DNA from: Christensenella sp. UBA6406
GTDB lineage: Bacteria; Bacillota; Clostridia; Christensenellales; UBA1242
Assembly: GCA_002438625.1 (NCBI GenBank)
Contig: DJPS01000023.1
Coordinates: 1 to 56,357 of the forward strand
DNA: 56,357 nt
Reading direction: 5' to 3'
A program made the translations under genes and the position numbers. Below the pieces are notes generated by a model. The model did not search any database. It had not been told where the DNA came from and saw only the letters and a list, made by a program, of their open reading frames with translations. Below are positions 38,694 through 49,894 of this stretch, in pieces (the first letter of the stretch is position 1; each line of letters opens with the position of its first letter).

Positions 38694-39803
38694 TCAATTA
38701 CATAGCATATAAAAATTTCCAGGCAACTTCTTTATTATGCCACTTAATTCTAATTTAGTCAACATACTATTCAAATTTTTTATGTCCATTTGCGATTTTT
38801 TTAAAATTTCATCAAAATGCACGCTTTCTACACCTTCTAAAATTTTACGAACTTTTCCCGCATCATCAACATCATTTATAATTTCTTTTCGCTTTAAAGC
38901 TTGACTATCCTTGTATTTAAACCCCAAATCTTCCACAACATCTTGCGGACTTAATGTCATAAATGTTTGACACGCCTTTATTAATTGGTTACCATAAACA
39001 CCACGCTCGTTCAAAATACTGCTAGGAACACAATAAATATTCCTATTTGCATCAGTTGCATAATTTATTGTATGCTTCGTTCCACTCTTTTCTTGTGCCT
39101 CAGTTAAGATTACAGCAATTGATAATCCTGCTATAATTCTATTCCTAATAGGAAATAAAAACTTTTGAGGTTCAACGCCTAGTCTATTTTCACTTATAAG
39201 TAACCCACCACTTTTGACAATCCTTCTAGCTAAATTCGTATTTATGCTAGGGTAAATTCTGTCAAGACCGCCACACAAAACTGCAATAGTTTTCCCTTTA
39301 ATATCAAGGCAAGCATTGTGAGCGATTGCATCTATTCCTTCTGCTAAACCGCTTACAATCGTAAATCCGTTAAACGCTAGTTCCTTTGCATATTTCTCTG
39401 TTACTACTGTCCCATAATTTGAATGCAATCTTGAGCCAACAATCGCAATACAAGAACTTGAAAGTAATTCTAAATCGCCAATATAATACAATATGAAAGG
39501 TGGATTAGCAGTTTTCTTTAAAATTTCAGGATATTCTGGACTATTTAGAGTTATAAAATTAACATTCTTACTAAGTGTCAACTTTAAAAACGAATTAAAT
39601 CTTTTATCATCATAGCTTGAAATTAATTTATTATATTCACTATCTTCCAATACATCCAAAAGTTCATTTTTAAACTTAGCTAAATTCCACATATTTGAAC
39701 CATTTTTCAAAATATGGGCAACTCTTATTTTCTTTACAAGAGTTATATCATCAACTAAATCAAGCCACAAAAAGCCATAATCATCTTTTGTATATTCCCT
39801 CAT
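38694..39803 (-). CDS. dprA: DNA processing protein DprA
   Basis: The ATG at 39803 has GGAG 6 nt upstream; the track GTG lies inside that SD. Rossmann-like core IVSGLAEGIDAIAHNA. Confidence 0.85.
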   Translation of the reverse strand: MREYTKDDYGFLWLDLVDDITLVKKIRVAHILKNGSNMWNLAKFKNELLDVLEDSEYNKLISSYDDKRFNSFLKLTLSKNVNFITLNSPEYPEILKKTANPPFILYYIGDLELLSSSCIAIVGSRLHSNYGTVVTEKYAKELAFNGFTIVSGLAEGIDAIAHNACLDIKGKTIAVLCGGLDRIYPSINTNLARRIVKSGGLLISENRLGVEPQKFLFPIRNRIIAGLSIAVILTEAQEKSGTKHTINYATDANRNIYCVPSSILNERGVYGNQLIKACQTFMTLSPQDVVEDLGFKYKDSQALKRKEIINDVDDAGKVRKILEGVESVHFDEILKKSQMDIKNLNSMLTKLELSGIIKKLPGNFYMLCN

Positions 39804-39895
39804 ACATTTCTCCACTTTAACACTTTCAGTTTATTCACAACAAAAGTTGACAATTCTAATTTTTTTCACAAATTAAACAAATCTACTTTATCAAG

Positions 39896-41425
39896 TTATT
39901 CTTCCTTCTTATCCAAATTTCTATATTGCAATGCTTCTGTAATATGTTCAACTTTTATATTTTCACTATTCTCCAAATCTGCAATAGTTCTAGCGACTTT
40001 CAATATCCTATTATATGAACGAGCAGACATTTCAAACATATCAAAAGCCATTTTTAAAATTTCTTGACTTTCCTCATCTAAAATACAATATTTTTTAATT
40101 TGCTCATTATTCATTTTTGCATTGCAAAATATTGGATCGTTTTCAAATCTCTTTAACTGAATTGCCCTTGCCTTTTCAACTCTTTGCTTTATAGATTCAC
40201 TTGTTTCCTCGTATTCAGTGCTTGCCAAATCTCTATATTGAACGCCATCAACTTCAACATGCATATCTATTCTATCCATAATTGGTCCACTTAATTTATT
40301 CCTGTATTTATTAATCTGCGATGGTGTACATTTGCATTTATTTGGACCTTGTCCATAATAACCACACGGACACGGGTTCATACTTGCAATTAACATCACA
40401 TTAGCTGGATATTCAATAGTCTGCTGAACCCTAGATATAGTAACTTTGGAATCTTCAAGCGGTTGACGCAATGTTTCTATTGCTTCTCTTTTATACTCAG
40501 GAAATTCATCTAAAAACAACACCCCATTATGAGCAAGACTAATTTCTCCAGGTTTTGCATTTCTTCCACCACCAACAAGTGCAGGGACTGTTGTTGTGTG
40601 ATGCGGACTTCTAAAAGGACGATTTGTAATTATCCCAACACTGGAATCTAAAACGCCTGCAATGCTATGAATCTTTGTAACTTCTAACGCTTCATCAAAA
40701 GTTAAATCAGGCAAAATCGATGGCAAACATTTTGCAAGCATACTTTTACCTGAACCAGGAGGACCATACATTAAACAATTATGCCCACCTGCAGCCGAAA
40801 TTTCAAGTGCTCTTTTTGCAACTGCTTGTCCCTTTACAAATTTAAAATCATCAGCAAATTTATTTGTTCTTTTCACATCTTCAAATCTATTATGTTCAAT
40901 TTTTTGTGCTGATTTTTCACCATTAAGGAATAAGACAACATCACTTATATTCTTAAAGCAATAAACTTCTATCCCTTCTATATAACTTGCTTCAAATGCA
41001 TTTTCTTTAGGAATTATAACTTTCGTAACGCCCACATCCCTAGCAGTGATTAAAATAGGCAAAATTCCGTTTACTTTTTTAATTGAACCATCTAGCGACA
41101 ATTCACCGACAAAAGCAAATTCATCTAATTTTTCTCTTTTAATTAAATCTTGACAACCTAAAATTCCTACTGCAATAGGCAAGTCATAAATTGGTCCTTC
41201 CTTTTTTGTATTTGCAGGTGCTAAATTTACCGTAACTTTGTCAATGGGAAACTGAAAAAGACTATTTCTTACTGCACCTTTAACCCTAAACTTAGATTCT
41301 TTTACTGCCATATCTCCCAGTCCCGCAACATCGTAGGAAGGCAACCCGCTGCTTATATCAACTTCAACAGCAACTTCATACCCCTCCAATCCATTAAGTC
41401 CAAAACTTTTTACTTTTGTCAACAT
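39896..41425 (-). CDS. comM: YifB/ComM family Mg-chelatase-like AAA+ ATPase
   Basis: 509 aa. Lon-like N-domain, Walker A GPPGSGKSMLAK, LFLDEFPEY, Cys-rich insert NPCPCGYYG..CKC. Confidence 0.85.
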   Translation of the reverse strand: MLTKVKSFGLNGLEGYEVAVEVDISSGLPSYDVAGLGDMAVKESKFRVKGAVRNSLFQFPIDKVTVNLAPANTKKEGPIYDLPIAVGILGCQDLIKREKLDEFAFVGELSLDGSIKKVNGILPILITARDVGVTKVIIPKENAFEASYIEGIEVYCFKNISDVVLFLNGEKSAQKIEHNRFEDVKRTNKFADDFKFVKGQAVAKRALEISAAGGHNCLMYGPPGSGKSMLAKCLPSILPDLTFDEALEVTKIHSIAGVLDSSVGIITNRPFRSPHHTTTVPALVGGGRNAKPGEISLAHNGVLFLDEFPEYKREAIETLRQPLEDSKVTISRVQQTIEYPANVMLIASMNPCPCGYYGQGPNKCKCTPSQINKYRNKLSGPIMDRIDMHVEVDGVQYRDLASTEYEETSESIKQRVEKARAIQLKRFENDPIFCNAKMNNEQIKKYCILDEESQEILKMAFDMFEMSARSYNRILKVARTIADLENSENIKVEHITEALQYRNLDKKEE

Positions 41426-41539
41426 TTCCTTGTAAACTCCTCAATAGTGTAATTGTACCAAAATTTTACAAAAAAAGCAAACCATTTAGCAATATATTTA
41501 AAATTGCATAAAAATTTTGCTTTTATTTATAACTTTAAA

Positions 41540-42808
41540 TTATTTAATTAATTCTTTAACACATTCTTTAAGTGCGTATTTTATATGCTCATATGTCAAT
41601 CCACCTTGCAAATATAAAATGTATGGTGATTTTATAGGTGCATCACAACTAAGTTCTATTGAAGCACCTTGAACAAATGTCCCAGCAGCCATAATGATTT
41701 GACTTGTGTATCCAGGCATATCCCAAGGTTCAGGAGAAACAAAGCTATCAACAGGTGAGCAAGATTGGATAATTTGACATAATTTTATTAGTTTATCCTT
41801 ATTATTTAGCACTACTGAAGTTACAACATCCTTAGGTATTACGCCTTCACGAGGCAAAACATCATAACCCAAATCCCTAAACACAGTTGACATTAATAAA
41901 GCACCTTTTAATGCTTGACAAGTTGTGTGTGGAGCCATAAACAATCCTTGATAAAAACTTTGATACCCATAAGCATAAGAGCCAACCTCCAAAAGAAGTG
42001 AAGGAGATGTGTATCTAAATGAAATTTTTTCAATAACATCCGCCCTACCTGCAATATATGCACCAGTTGGAGCAAGTCCACCGCCCGCATTTTTAATCAA
42101 AGACCCCACTTGCAAATCTGCACCAACCGCACATGGCTCAAATTTACTTACGAACTCGCCATAATTGTTGTCAACCATTACAACGCCTTTTTTGTAGTAA
42201 GACCTAATTTCCTTTATTGCATTTCCAATTTCTTCCATATCAAGTGCATCACGCCAAGCATAGCCACGACTTCTTTGGATAAAAATCAAGTCAGGTTGAA
42301 TTTCTTCAATTTTCTCCTTAATTTTAGCCATATCAAATTTACCGTTGCTATTTAATTCGATTTGATTATATTGAACACCTAAATCTTTTAAACTTGCGAT
42401 GTCTTTACCTTCTACACCAAAAATCACTTCATCAAGTGTATCATAAGGTTTTCCTGTAATTGCAAGCATTTTCATTCCCGCTTTATTTAAAACGCCAAAC
42501 AAAGCCAATGCAAGTGCATGTGAACCACATGTTAAAAAAGGTGAAACTATTGCCTTTTCTGCACCCACAATTTCAGCCATTACAACATTCAAGGTATCTC
42601 TACCAATATCATCATAACCATAGCCATTTGTACCAGCAAAATGCCTTGCTGAAATTCTATTTTCCTTAAAAATTCTTAAAACTTTTTCTTGATTATATTG
42701 AGAAATTTCTTCTAATTTCTTATACTGTCCTTTTAACTTTTCTTCAGCATTTTCAATCAATTCATCTATATTTATATTTTTATCATTTAAACTCATTTTT
42801 TTAACCAT
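41540..42808 (-). CDS. ynbB: PLP-dependent Cys/Met-metabolism enzyme of the YnbB (PF06838, 'aluminium resistance protein') type
   Basis: 422 aa. ISARHFAGTNGYGYDDIGRDTL and GSLIKNAGGGLAPTGAY resemble YnbB-family proteins. The start is either the ATG at 42808 or the ATG at 42796, which overlaps the miaA stop as ATGA. Confidence 0.65.
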   Translation of the reverse strand: MVKKMSLNDKNINIDELIENAEEKLKGQYKKLEEISQYNQEKVLRIFKENRISARHFAGTNGYGYDDIGRDTLNVVMAEIVGAEKAIVSPFLTCGSHALALALFGVLNKAGMKMLAITGKPYDTLDEVIFGVEGKDIASLKDLGVQYNQIELNSNGKFDMAKIKEKIEEIQPDLIFIQRSRGYAWRDALDMEEIGNAIKEIRSYYKKGVVMVDNNYGEFVSKFEPCAVGADLQVGSLIKNAGGGLAPTGAYIAGRADVIEKISFRYTSPSLLLEVGSYAYGYQSFYQGLFMAPHTTCQALKGALLMSTVFRDLGYDVLPREGVIPKDVVTSVVLNNKDKLIKLCQIIQSCSPVDSFVSPEPWDMPGYTSQIIMAAGTFVQGASIELSCDAPIKSPYILYLQGGLTYEHIKYALKECVKELIK

Positions 42809-43707
42809 TCTCCTATCTTTTCTATCAGTTCATCAAATCCGCAACTGACATCATACATCAAAACATCTTTGCTATTCCTAAACCAAGTAAGTTGCCTTTT
42901 TGCATAATTTCTTGTATTTTTCTTAATTGTTTCTTTGATTATATTTAAATCTTTTATTTCTCCACTAAAATATGGCTTAAATTCCTTATATCCTATGCTT
43001 TGCATTGCTTGACATTCAAAAGTTACACCTATTTTTAACAGATTTTCAACTTCTTCTTTTAATCCATTTGAAAACATTTTATCAACACGCTTGTCCAGAG
43101 CATCATAAAGTTCTGCCCTATCTTTAAATAAGCATACATAAAAGAAATCAAAATTTGATTCTTTTTCCTTATCTTCGCATAAACTTGACTGTCCACATGT
43201 TTCCAAAAGTCTAATAAGTCGCTTTGTATCATTAAAATGCACTTTATCAAAATTGATATTTGCCATTTTTAATTCCGAAATTAAAACAGCATTACCATAT
43301 TTCTCAGCTAATTTATTATATTTTTCACGCAACCCATTATCTTTATTTTCTTTACTAAAATTATAATCATATAGAACAGCATTTATATATAAACCTGTTC
43401 CACCAACCATAATTGGCAACTTGCCACCATCTTCAATTTGTGAAATAATTCTTATTGCTTCATCCTTATATTCTTTAACACTAAAACTTTGACTAGGCTC
43501 GCAAACATCAATCATATAGTGCTTTACGCCATCCATTTCTTTCTTTGAAATTTTTGCCGTTCCTATATCAAAGCCTTTATATATTTGCATAGAATCGCAA
43601 GAAATAATTTCCCCATTAAACTTTTTTGCTAAGACTATTGAAAGTGCAGTTTTGCCAACGCCAGACGGACCGCCAATGCATAACAATTTTTGCTTTTTAT
43701 TCATCAT
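42793..43707 (-). CDS. miaA: tRNA dimethylallyltransferase
   Basis: 304 aa with P-loop GGPSGVGKTALS. The start overlaps the mutL stop (TAATG). Confidence 0.9.
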   Translation of the reverse strand: MMNKKQKLLCIGGPSGVGKTALSIVLAKKFNGEIISCDSMQIYKGFDIGTAKISKKEMDGVKHYMIDVCEPSQSFSVKEYKDEAIRIISQIEDGGKLPIMVGGTGLYINAVLYDYNFSKENKDNGLREKYNKLAEKYGNAVLISELKMANINFDKVHFNDTKRLIRLLETCGQSSLCEDKEKESNFDFFYVCLFKDRAELYDALDKRVDKMFSNGLKEEVENLLKIGVTFECQAMQSIGYKEFKPYFSGEIKDLNIIKETIKKNTRNYAKRQLTWFRNSKDVLMYDVSCGFDELIEKIGEWLKK

Positions 43708-45767
43708 TAGACAATCCTTTTAAACCACTTTTCTATGTCTTTTCTAGATATTTTAAGAACATATGGTCTGCCGTGCGGACAAAGCAACGGAGATGTTGAA
43801 GTTTTAATCATTTCCATTATACTATCAATCTCACTCTCACTTAAAGACATTCCAGCTTTAACTGCACTTTTGCACGCTTTTGTGGCTATTTTATCTCTTA
43901 ATTGCTCATTTACATTTGTTAAATAAACTTTGTTTTGGAAAATATCTTCTATAAATTTGCTTAAATCTATATCTGACAATATCATTGGCACGGCTTCAAT
44001 TTTGTAAATATTTGAGCCCCAAAAAGTTATTTTAAATCCCAACTTTTCAAGTTCATCTTTATTTGCATCCAAAAAATTAGCTAAATCATTGTCAGCACTT
44101 AATGTATAAGGGACAATTAAGTCTTGGACTGTAACTTCTCTATTTCTAATTTCATTCATATACTTATCATAAAGAAATCTTTCATGTGCAGCATGTTGGT
44201 CAATGACAAAGACATTTTCATCACTTTGAACAACAATGTATGTTTGGAATAACACACCAAGCACCTTATTGTTATTCTTTATAAATGTATCTTGCGTAAA
44301 TTGTTGCTTAACTAAATTAGCATTAAATGACTTAACTTTGCTCATTATCTCACTGTCAGAACCTAATCCAACACGAACATTATCCTTTGAGAAATCTTCA
44401 GAACTTTCAAACTGAACAATATTTAATTGTTTAATATTGTTATTATTTGATAATGTATTTTTAACATTTGTTTCACTCTCTATTTCGCTTTGTTTATAAC
44501 TTTCTATTGAAACAACCTTTTGATTACCAATATTATTAATTTCTTTACTTGAATTAAATATTTCAGGCTCAGAAAAAGCACTTACACCTTTTCTTTCATT
44601 TTCCGAAACCATCTTACTCTCTATGCGATTTTCACTATTCAAGTCAACACTGGCAGATTTTTGTGTATTTACATCTTTTAAGTCATCTTCTTTTTCTAAA
44701 TCTTCTTCATTTTCTTCATCCTCAAAAAGAGAATCAAATGCAGCCATTATAGCCTCTTCATCCCTAGCCAACTTTTCACCAGAGATAAATCCTAAAAGAG
44801 TGTTCTTTATACATTTAGCCACCCAAGCGTAAACTTCATAATCATTTTGAAATTTTACATCCGTTTTTTGTGGCGTTATGTTTACATCAACTTCATCATA
44901 AGGCAAATCCAAAAATAAAATATAAGAATTTGATGCACCTTTCATAACAAAATCTACATAGGCAGATTGCACAGCGGATGCAACACAATGATTTATGGTA
45001 ACTCTTCCATTAACAAAACACTTCATAACTTTGTTTTCAAGCATTTGTCCAGGAAATGTAGCATAACCATATAGTTTATATTTCCCTTCTTTTATATTTA
45101 TAAGGAAACATTTATCCAAAAAGTCGGGGTCCTCAGTTTGCTCTATTACACGATTTAATCCATCACCATTCGTTTTATATTTTAGTTGCCTATCAATTTT
45201 ATACTCAAACTCCACAGATGGATTTGAAAGCATCATATCAGTAACCACTTTGCTAACTTCTCTTGTTTCCATAGACCTAGATTTTAAAAATTTTAGTCTA
45301 GCAGGTGTGTTGTAAAACAAATTGTATACAGTGATTTCTGTCCCCACATTTGTCGCTACTTCACTTTCTTTTATAAATTGTCCTGCATTAACTTCAACAA
45401 AAGTTCCAACTTCCTCTTCGCTTGTTCTAGTCCGCATTTCAAGTCTAGAAACATTACAAATACTTGCAAGAGCTTCACCACGAAAGCCAAAAGTTCCAAT
45501 ATTAAATATATCTTCTACTTTTGATATTTTACTGGTTGCATGCGGTAAAAAAGCATAACGAACTTGACTTCTCTCTATTCCTTGACCGTTGTCCACAACT
45601 CTAATTAAGTCTGTTCCTCCGCCCGTAATCTCAACACTGATTTTTGTTGCTTTTGCGTCTAAACTATTTTCAATCAACTCTTTAACAACACTTGCAGGAT
45701 TGACAGCAACTTCACCCGCAGAAATTAAATTATATATTGATGGGTCTAATACATTAATTTTTGACAT
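43707..45767 (-). CDS. mutL: DNA mismatch repair endonuclease MutL
   Basis: 686 aa. GHKL ATPase motifs ELIENSLDA, DNGQGI and GFRGEAL. C-terminal endonuclease motifs DQHAAHERFLYD and CPHGRP. Long low-complexity linker. Confidence 0.95.
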   Translation of the reverse strand: MSKINVLDPSIYNLISAGEVAVNPASVVKELIENSLDAKATKISVEITGGGTDLIRVVDNGQGIERSQVRYAFLPHATSKISKVEDIFNIGTFGFRGEALASICNVSRLEMRTRTSEEEVGTFVEVNAGQFIKESEVATNVGTEITVYNLFYNTPARLKFLKSRSMETREVSKVVTDMMLSNPSVEFEYKIDRQLKYKTNGDGLNRVIEQTEDPDFLDKCFLINIKEGKYKLYGYATFPGQMLENKVMKCFVNGRVTINHCVASAVQSAYVDFVMKGASNSYILFLDLPYDEVDVNITPQKTDVKFQNDYEVYAWVAKCIKNTLLGFISGEKLARDEEAIMAAFDSLFEDEENEEDLEKEDDLKDVNTQKSASVDLNSENRIESKMVSENERKGVSAFSEPEIFNSSKEINNIGNQKVVSIESYKQSEIESETNVKNTLSNNNNIKQLNIVQFESSEDFSKDNVRVGLGSDSEIMSKVKSFNANLVKQQFTQDTFIKNNNKVLGVLFQTYIVVQSDENVFVIDQHAAHERFLYDKYMNEIRNREVTVQDLIVPYTLSADNDLANFLDANKDELEKLGFKITFWGSNIYKIEAVPMILSDIDLSKFIEDIFQNKVYLTNVNEQLRDKIATKACKSAVKAGMSLSESEIDSIMEMIKTSTSPLLCPHGRPYVLKISRKDIEKWFKRIV

Positions 45768-45777
45768 TATTCCTCCA

Positions 45778-48390
45778 TTATAATTTTTCTCTTATTGATG
45801 ATAAAATCTCTAACGCCTTAAAAGGAGTTATATTATTTATATCAACACTTGTTATTTCATCAGCAATTTTATTGTATTTATCCAACATAACATTGTTATT
45901 TTCTTGCTTTATCTCAATTTTACTTAAATCTTTTAAATTTAAGTTTTCATTTTTTTCAAGCGCAGTTAAGATTTCTTTCGCTTTCTTAGTTACCACACTT
46001 GGAATACCAGCAAGTTTTGCAACTTCTATTCCAAAACTCTTGCTTGCTCCGCCCCTTACAATTTTACGCAAAAAGACTATACCAGATGTTTCACTTTCTT
46101 TAACAGAAATTCTATAATTTTTTACACCATCCAACATTCCTTCAAGTTCAGTTAATTCGTGGTAATGAGTTGCAAACAATGTCTTTGCTTTAAAATTGCT
46201 TGATAAATATTCCATAATTGCCCATGCAATGCTAAGTCCATCATAAGTAGATGTTCCACGGCCAACTTCATCTAGAATTATTAAACTTCTATCTGTTGCA
46301 TTATTTAAAATTGTTGCAACCTCACTCATTTCAACCATAAATGTGCTTTGACCAAACGCTAAATCATCGCTTGCACCTACCCTTGTAAAGATTCTATCAA
46401 ATGTTGGCATTTTCGCCTCTTTACACGGAACGAAACTGCCAATATGAGCCATTAAAACTATAATTGCAACTTGTCGCATATAAGTGCTTTTGCCCGCCAT
46501 ATTTGGGCCTGTTAAAATCATTATTCTATCTGTTGTTTCATTAAGCACGATATCATTTGGAATAAATTGCCCACTTTTTAAAAGCACTTCAACAACTGGA
46601 TGCCTACCTTCAACAATGCTCAATTCTTTTAAATTATTAGAAACAATCGGCTTTACATAGTTATTTTTAACTGCAACATAAGCAAGACTTGTTAAAAAAT
46701 CTATCTCAGCAATAGAAGCTGATGCATCTAAAAGCAGTTTTATATTTTGATTCAATGTTGATTTTATGTAATCAAATATCTCATTTTCTAGCCTTTGTGC
46801 GTTCTCTTCACTATTTAATATTTTACTTTCAATCTCTTTTAACTCTTCTGTTATATATCTCTCATTGTTCGCTATTGTCTGTTTTCTTATATATCTATTT
46901 GGCACTTTATCTATATTTGATTTAGGGACTTCAATTAAATAACCAAAAACTCTGTTGTATTTTATTTTTAAATTCTTTATTCCTGTTTGCTCAATTTCAA
47001 TTTTCTCTAAACTTGCAAGCCATTTTGCACCATCTTCTTTGGCGTGCCTATATTCATCAAGAGTTTTATTGAAGCCATCTTTAATAAAATTTCCATCTTT
47101 TAAAAGTGCTCCAGCATCTTCCTTTATTGCTGATTCAAGTAATTCAATAAGTTCATTAAAATCAATTATTTCATTATTTAATTTAGCAATTTTGCTTGAC
47201 TTAAACTTCTCTAAAAGTGCTTTTATTTTAGGTAAACCAACTAAACTACGCTTTAATGTTAAACAATCCTTAGGCGAAATTGAGCCATAAACTACTTTAC
47301 TGCAAATTCTTTCAATATCTCCAATTTCATCTAATTGCTGAATTAAGGATTCTCTAATAATAGAAGATTTTACAATTTCTTCAACAGCATCCAATCTTTC
47401 ATTTATAATCTTTTCATTTTGAAATGGTTGCTCTATTGCACTTTTAAAGAACCTTGCACCCATAGAAGTCTTTGTGTAATCTAGGACACTTAGCAATGTG
47501 CCCTGCTTTCTGCCATCTTTCATAGTTTCAACAATTTCTAAATTTTTTCGTGCATTGCTATCCAAATGCATATATAAATCATTTCTTATGAATTTTATAG
47601 GTTTTAAATGGTTTAATTTTCTTTTTTGTGTTTGCAAGCAATATTCAATCAACGCACCACAAGCACATACACACTCATCTTTATCAGCTATGTCATAACT
47701 TTGCAAAGTTTCAACGCCATATTGATTTTTAATTGCATTACAAGCCGAAGTGAAAGTATAAGCCCATTCATAAAAATTGTTAAATTTAGGCAACTGTCCT
47801 ATTGCAATGCTTGCCAAATTCCCTGCAAAATCGTTTGCCATACTATTGCTAATAATCTCAGATGGTTGAATTCGTAAAAGCTCATCATTTACAAGTTGTA
47901 ATAAATTATCACCACTTAAACTTGTAGCATAGAACTCTCCCGTACTTATATCTAAATACGCAATTCCACAAACTCCACGCTTTAAATAAATACTTGCCAA
48001 AAAATTATTTCTTTTAGCATCCAAAATTTCAGTTTCTACAACTGTCCCCGGTGTAACAATCCTAATTATGTCTCTATCCACCATTTTGCCAGGTTGCGGA
48101 GTTGAAAGTTGCTCGCAAATTGCAACTTTGTAACCCTTATTCACAAGTTTCGCAAGGTAAGAATCTAATGCGTGATATGGTACACCGCACATTGGTGCTT
48201 TTTCACCTTCTCCACAATCTCTTGCAGTTAAAGTGATTTCCAATTCCTTTGAAACAGTCAATGCATCATCAAAAAAGCATTCATAAAAATCACCTAGCCT
48301 ATAAAGCAAAAGACAATCAGGATTTTCCGCTTTTTTTTGCATATAGTGGTCCATCATTGGCGACAACTTTGTTTTTCTTTCGTTTTTCAT
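45778..48390 (-). CDS. mutS: DNA mismatch repair protein MutS
   Basis: Start re-called to the ATG at 48390 (MKNERKTKLSPMMDHY) with an AAAGGGGAA SD; the track start at 48456 is TTG. Motifs GDFYE, GPNMAGKSTYMRQ and DEVGRGTSTYDG. Confidence 0.95.
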   Translation of the reverse strand: MKNERKTKLSPMMDHYMQKKAENPDCLLLYRLGDFYECFFDDALTVSKELEITLTARDCGEGEKAPMCGVPYHALDSYLAKLVNKGYKVAICEQLSTPQPGKMVDRDIIRIVTPGTVVETEILDAKRNNFLASIYLKRGVCGIAYLDISTGEFYATSLSGDNLLQLVNDELLRIQPSEIISNSMANDFAGNLASIAIGQLPKFNNFYEWAYTFTSACNAIKNQYGVETLQSYDIADKDECVCACGALIEYCLQTQKRKLNHLKPIKFIRNDLYMHLDSNARKNLEIVETMKDGRKQGTLLSVLDYTKTSMGARFFKSAIEQPFQNEKIINERLDAVEEIVKSSIIRESLIQQLDEIGDIERICSKVVYGSISPKDCLTLKRSLVGLPKIKALLEKFKSSKIAKLNNEIIDFNELIELLESAIKEDAGALLKDGNFIKDGFNKTLDEYRHAKEDGAKWLASLEKIEIEQTGIKNLKIKYNRVFGYLIEVPKSNIDKVPNRYIRKQTIANNERYITEELKEIESKILNSEENAQRLENEIFDYIKSTLNQNIKLLLDASASIAEIDFLTSLAYVAVKNNYVKPIVSNNLKELSIVEGRHPVVEVLLKSGQFIPNDIVLNETTDRIMILTGPNMAGKSTYMRQVAIIVLMAHIGSFVPCKEAKMPTFDRIFTRVGASDDLAFGQSTFMVEMSEVATILNNATDRSLIILDEVGRGTSTYDGLSIAWAIMEYLSSNFKAKTLFATHYHELTELEGMLDGVKNYRISVKESETSGIVFLRKIVRGGASKSFGIEVAKLAGIPSVVTKKAKEILTALEKNENLNLKDLSKIEIKQENNNVMLDKYNKIADEITSVDINNITPFKALEILSSIREKL

Positions 48391-48472
48391 AATTTTCCCC
48401 TTTAAATTCAATTTTGTTTCCATTTGAAATGAATACATAACCATTGTAAAATCCAATAGAATTTAAATTACC

Positions 48473-49783
48473 TTATTTAATTACTTTACCATAAATTTTA
48501 CGATTTTCTATTTTTGTTACTTCAACAATGTAAAACCTTCTAAGTTCTAATCCATCATAAGACTCTAAACTTATGCTTAAATTAGATTCAGAAACCATAA
48601 TCTTTTTACCTTTTCTTTCTTGCAATAGGCAATCATATTTTCTTCCAACTAAATTAGCATTCTTCTTTTCTGTTATTTCTTTTTGCAACTCAAGCAATTC
48701 ATTTACTCTATGCCTTTTTGTTGCTAAATCAATTTGCCCATCCATTTTCTCAGCAACTGTGCCAGAACGCTTTGAATACATAAATGCAAAAATAGAATTA
48801 TACGCAACCTCTTTAACAAGTTCTTTGGTTTGCTCAAAATCATCTTCAGTTTCATTTGGAAATCCAACTATAAAATCTGATGTTAATGCAACATCAGGAA
48901 TTTTTGACTTCAACTCAACAATTTTCTCTAGATATGCTTCCCTTGTGTAGTTTCTATTCATTAACTTCAAAATTTTGTTGCTTCCTGATTGACAAGGTAG
49001 ATGAACAACCTTGCTCATCTTCTCATTCGTTGCAATAGTGTCAATTAGTGCAGTGCCAAAATCTTTTGGATGAGATGTCATAAACTTCAATCTAAAATCG
49101 CCATCAATATCGCAAATTTTTTGACACAATTCAGGGAATGAAATTTCATCTTCTCTATCATTACCATAAGAATTAACATTTTGCCCTAAAAGCGTAACCT
49201 GCTTATAACCAGCATCAATAAGTTCCTTGCATTCCTTTATTATAAACTCGCTTCTTCTGCTCCTTTCTCTTCCCCTAACATAAGGAACAATGCAATAAGT
49301 ACAAAAATTATTACACCCATATGTAATGTTTACCCAAGCATTGTCCCCGCTTGTTCTAAAAAATTTGGTATTTTCAATAATATCAAACTCTTTATCAAAA
49401 ACTTCAAAGCTCTTTTGTCTCTCTTCAAACGCTTTTTTAAAGTATTTCTCAAACTCATCAGCGTTAAATGTGCCAATAATGATATCTATCCACGGAAATT
49501 TCATCTTCAAATTCTCGGCAGTTTTCTTTTGCTGAGTCATACAACCCAAAACAGCAACAATTAAATTTTTATTTTTCTTCTTTAAAGGTTTAACTGCACC
49601 AATATTGCTAAAAATTTTTGTCTCCGCTCCTTCTCTTATACAACACGTGTTAAAAACAACAACATCCGCTTCTTCAATGTTTGTCGTTTCATCATAACCA
49701 TAATTTTTTAAAACACCTGCAATTTTTTCACTTTCATGAATATTCATTTGGCATCCATATGTATTTATCAAATACTTTCCCAT
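48473..49783 (-). CDS. miaB: tRNA-2-methylthio-N6-dimethylallyladenosine synthase
   Basis: 436 aa. N-terminal UPF0004 cysteines (YGCQMN), radical-SAM CNNFCTYC, C-terminal TRAM domain. Confidence 0.9.
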   Translation of the reverse strand: MGKYLINTYGCQMNIHESEKIAGVLKNYGYDETTNIEEADVVVFNTCCIREGAETKIFSNIGAVKPLKKKNKNLIVAVLGCMTQQKKTAENLKMKFPWIDIIIGTFNADEFEKYFKKAFEERQKSFEVFDKEFDIIENTKFFRTSGDNAWVNITYGCNNFCTYCIVPYVRGRERSRRSEFIIKECKELIDAGYKQVTLLGQNVNSYGNDREDEISFPELCQKICDIDGDFRLKFMTSHPKDFGTALIDTIATNEKMSKVVHLPCQSGSNKILKLMNRNYTREAYLEKIVELKSKIPDVALTSDFIVGFPNETEDDFEQTKELVKEVAYNSIFAFMYSKRSGTVAEKMDGQIDLATKRHRVNELLELQKEITEKKNANLVGRKYDCLLQERKGKKIMVSESNLSISLESYDGLELRRFYIVEVTKIENRKIYGKVIK

Positions 49784-49819
49784 AATTTACCTTTTTCTAA
49801 TTTATTATTATATCTTATT

Positions 49820-49848
49820 ATTATACATAAAAAAAATTAAATTTTCAA
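49820..49848 (-). promoter_or_regulatory. Promoter of the miaB-mutS-mutL-miaA operon
   Basis: On the - strand: TTGAAA (49848-49843), 17-nt spacer, TATAAT (49825-49820), about 30 nt upstream of the miaB ATG. Confidence 0.6.
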
Positions 49849-49894
49849 GTCTATTTTATGTAATAATAAATTAAATTTTGCTAAAAATATATAT

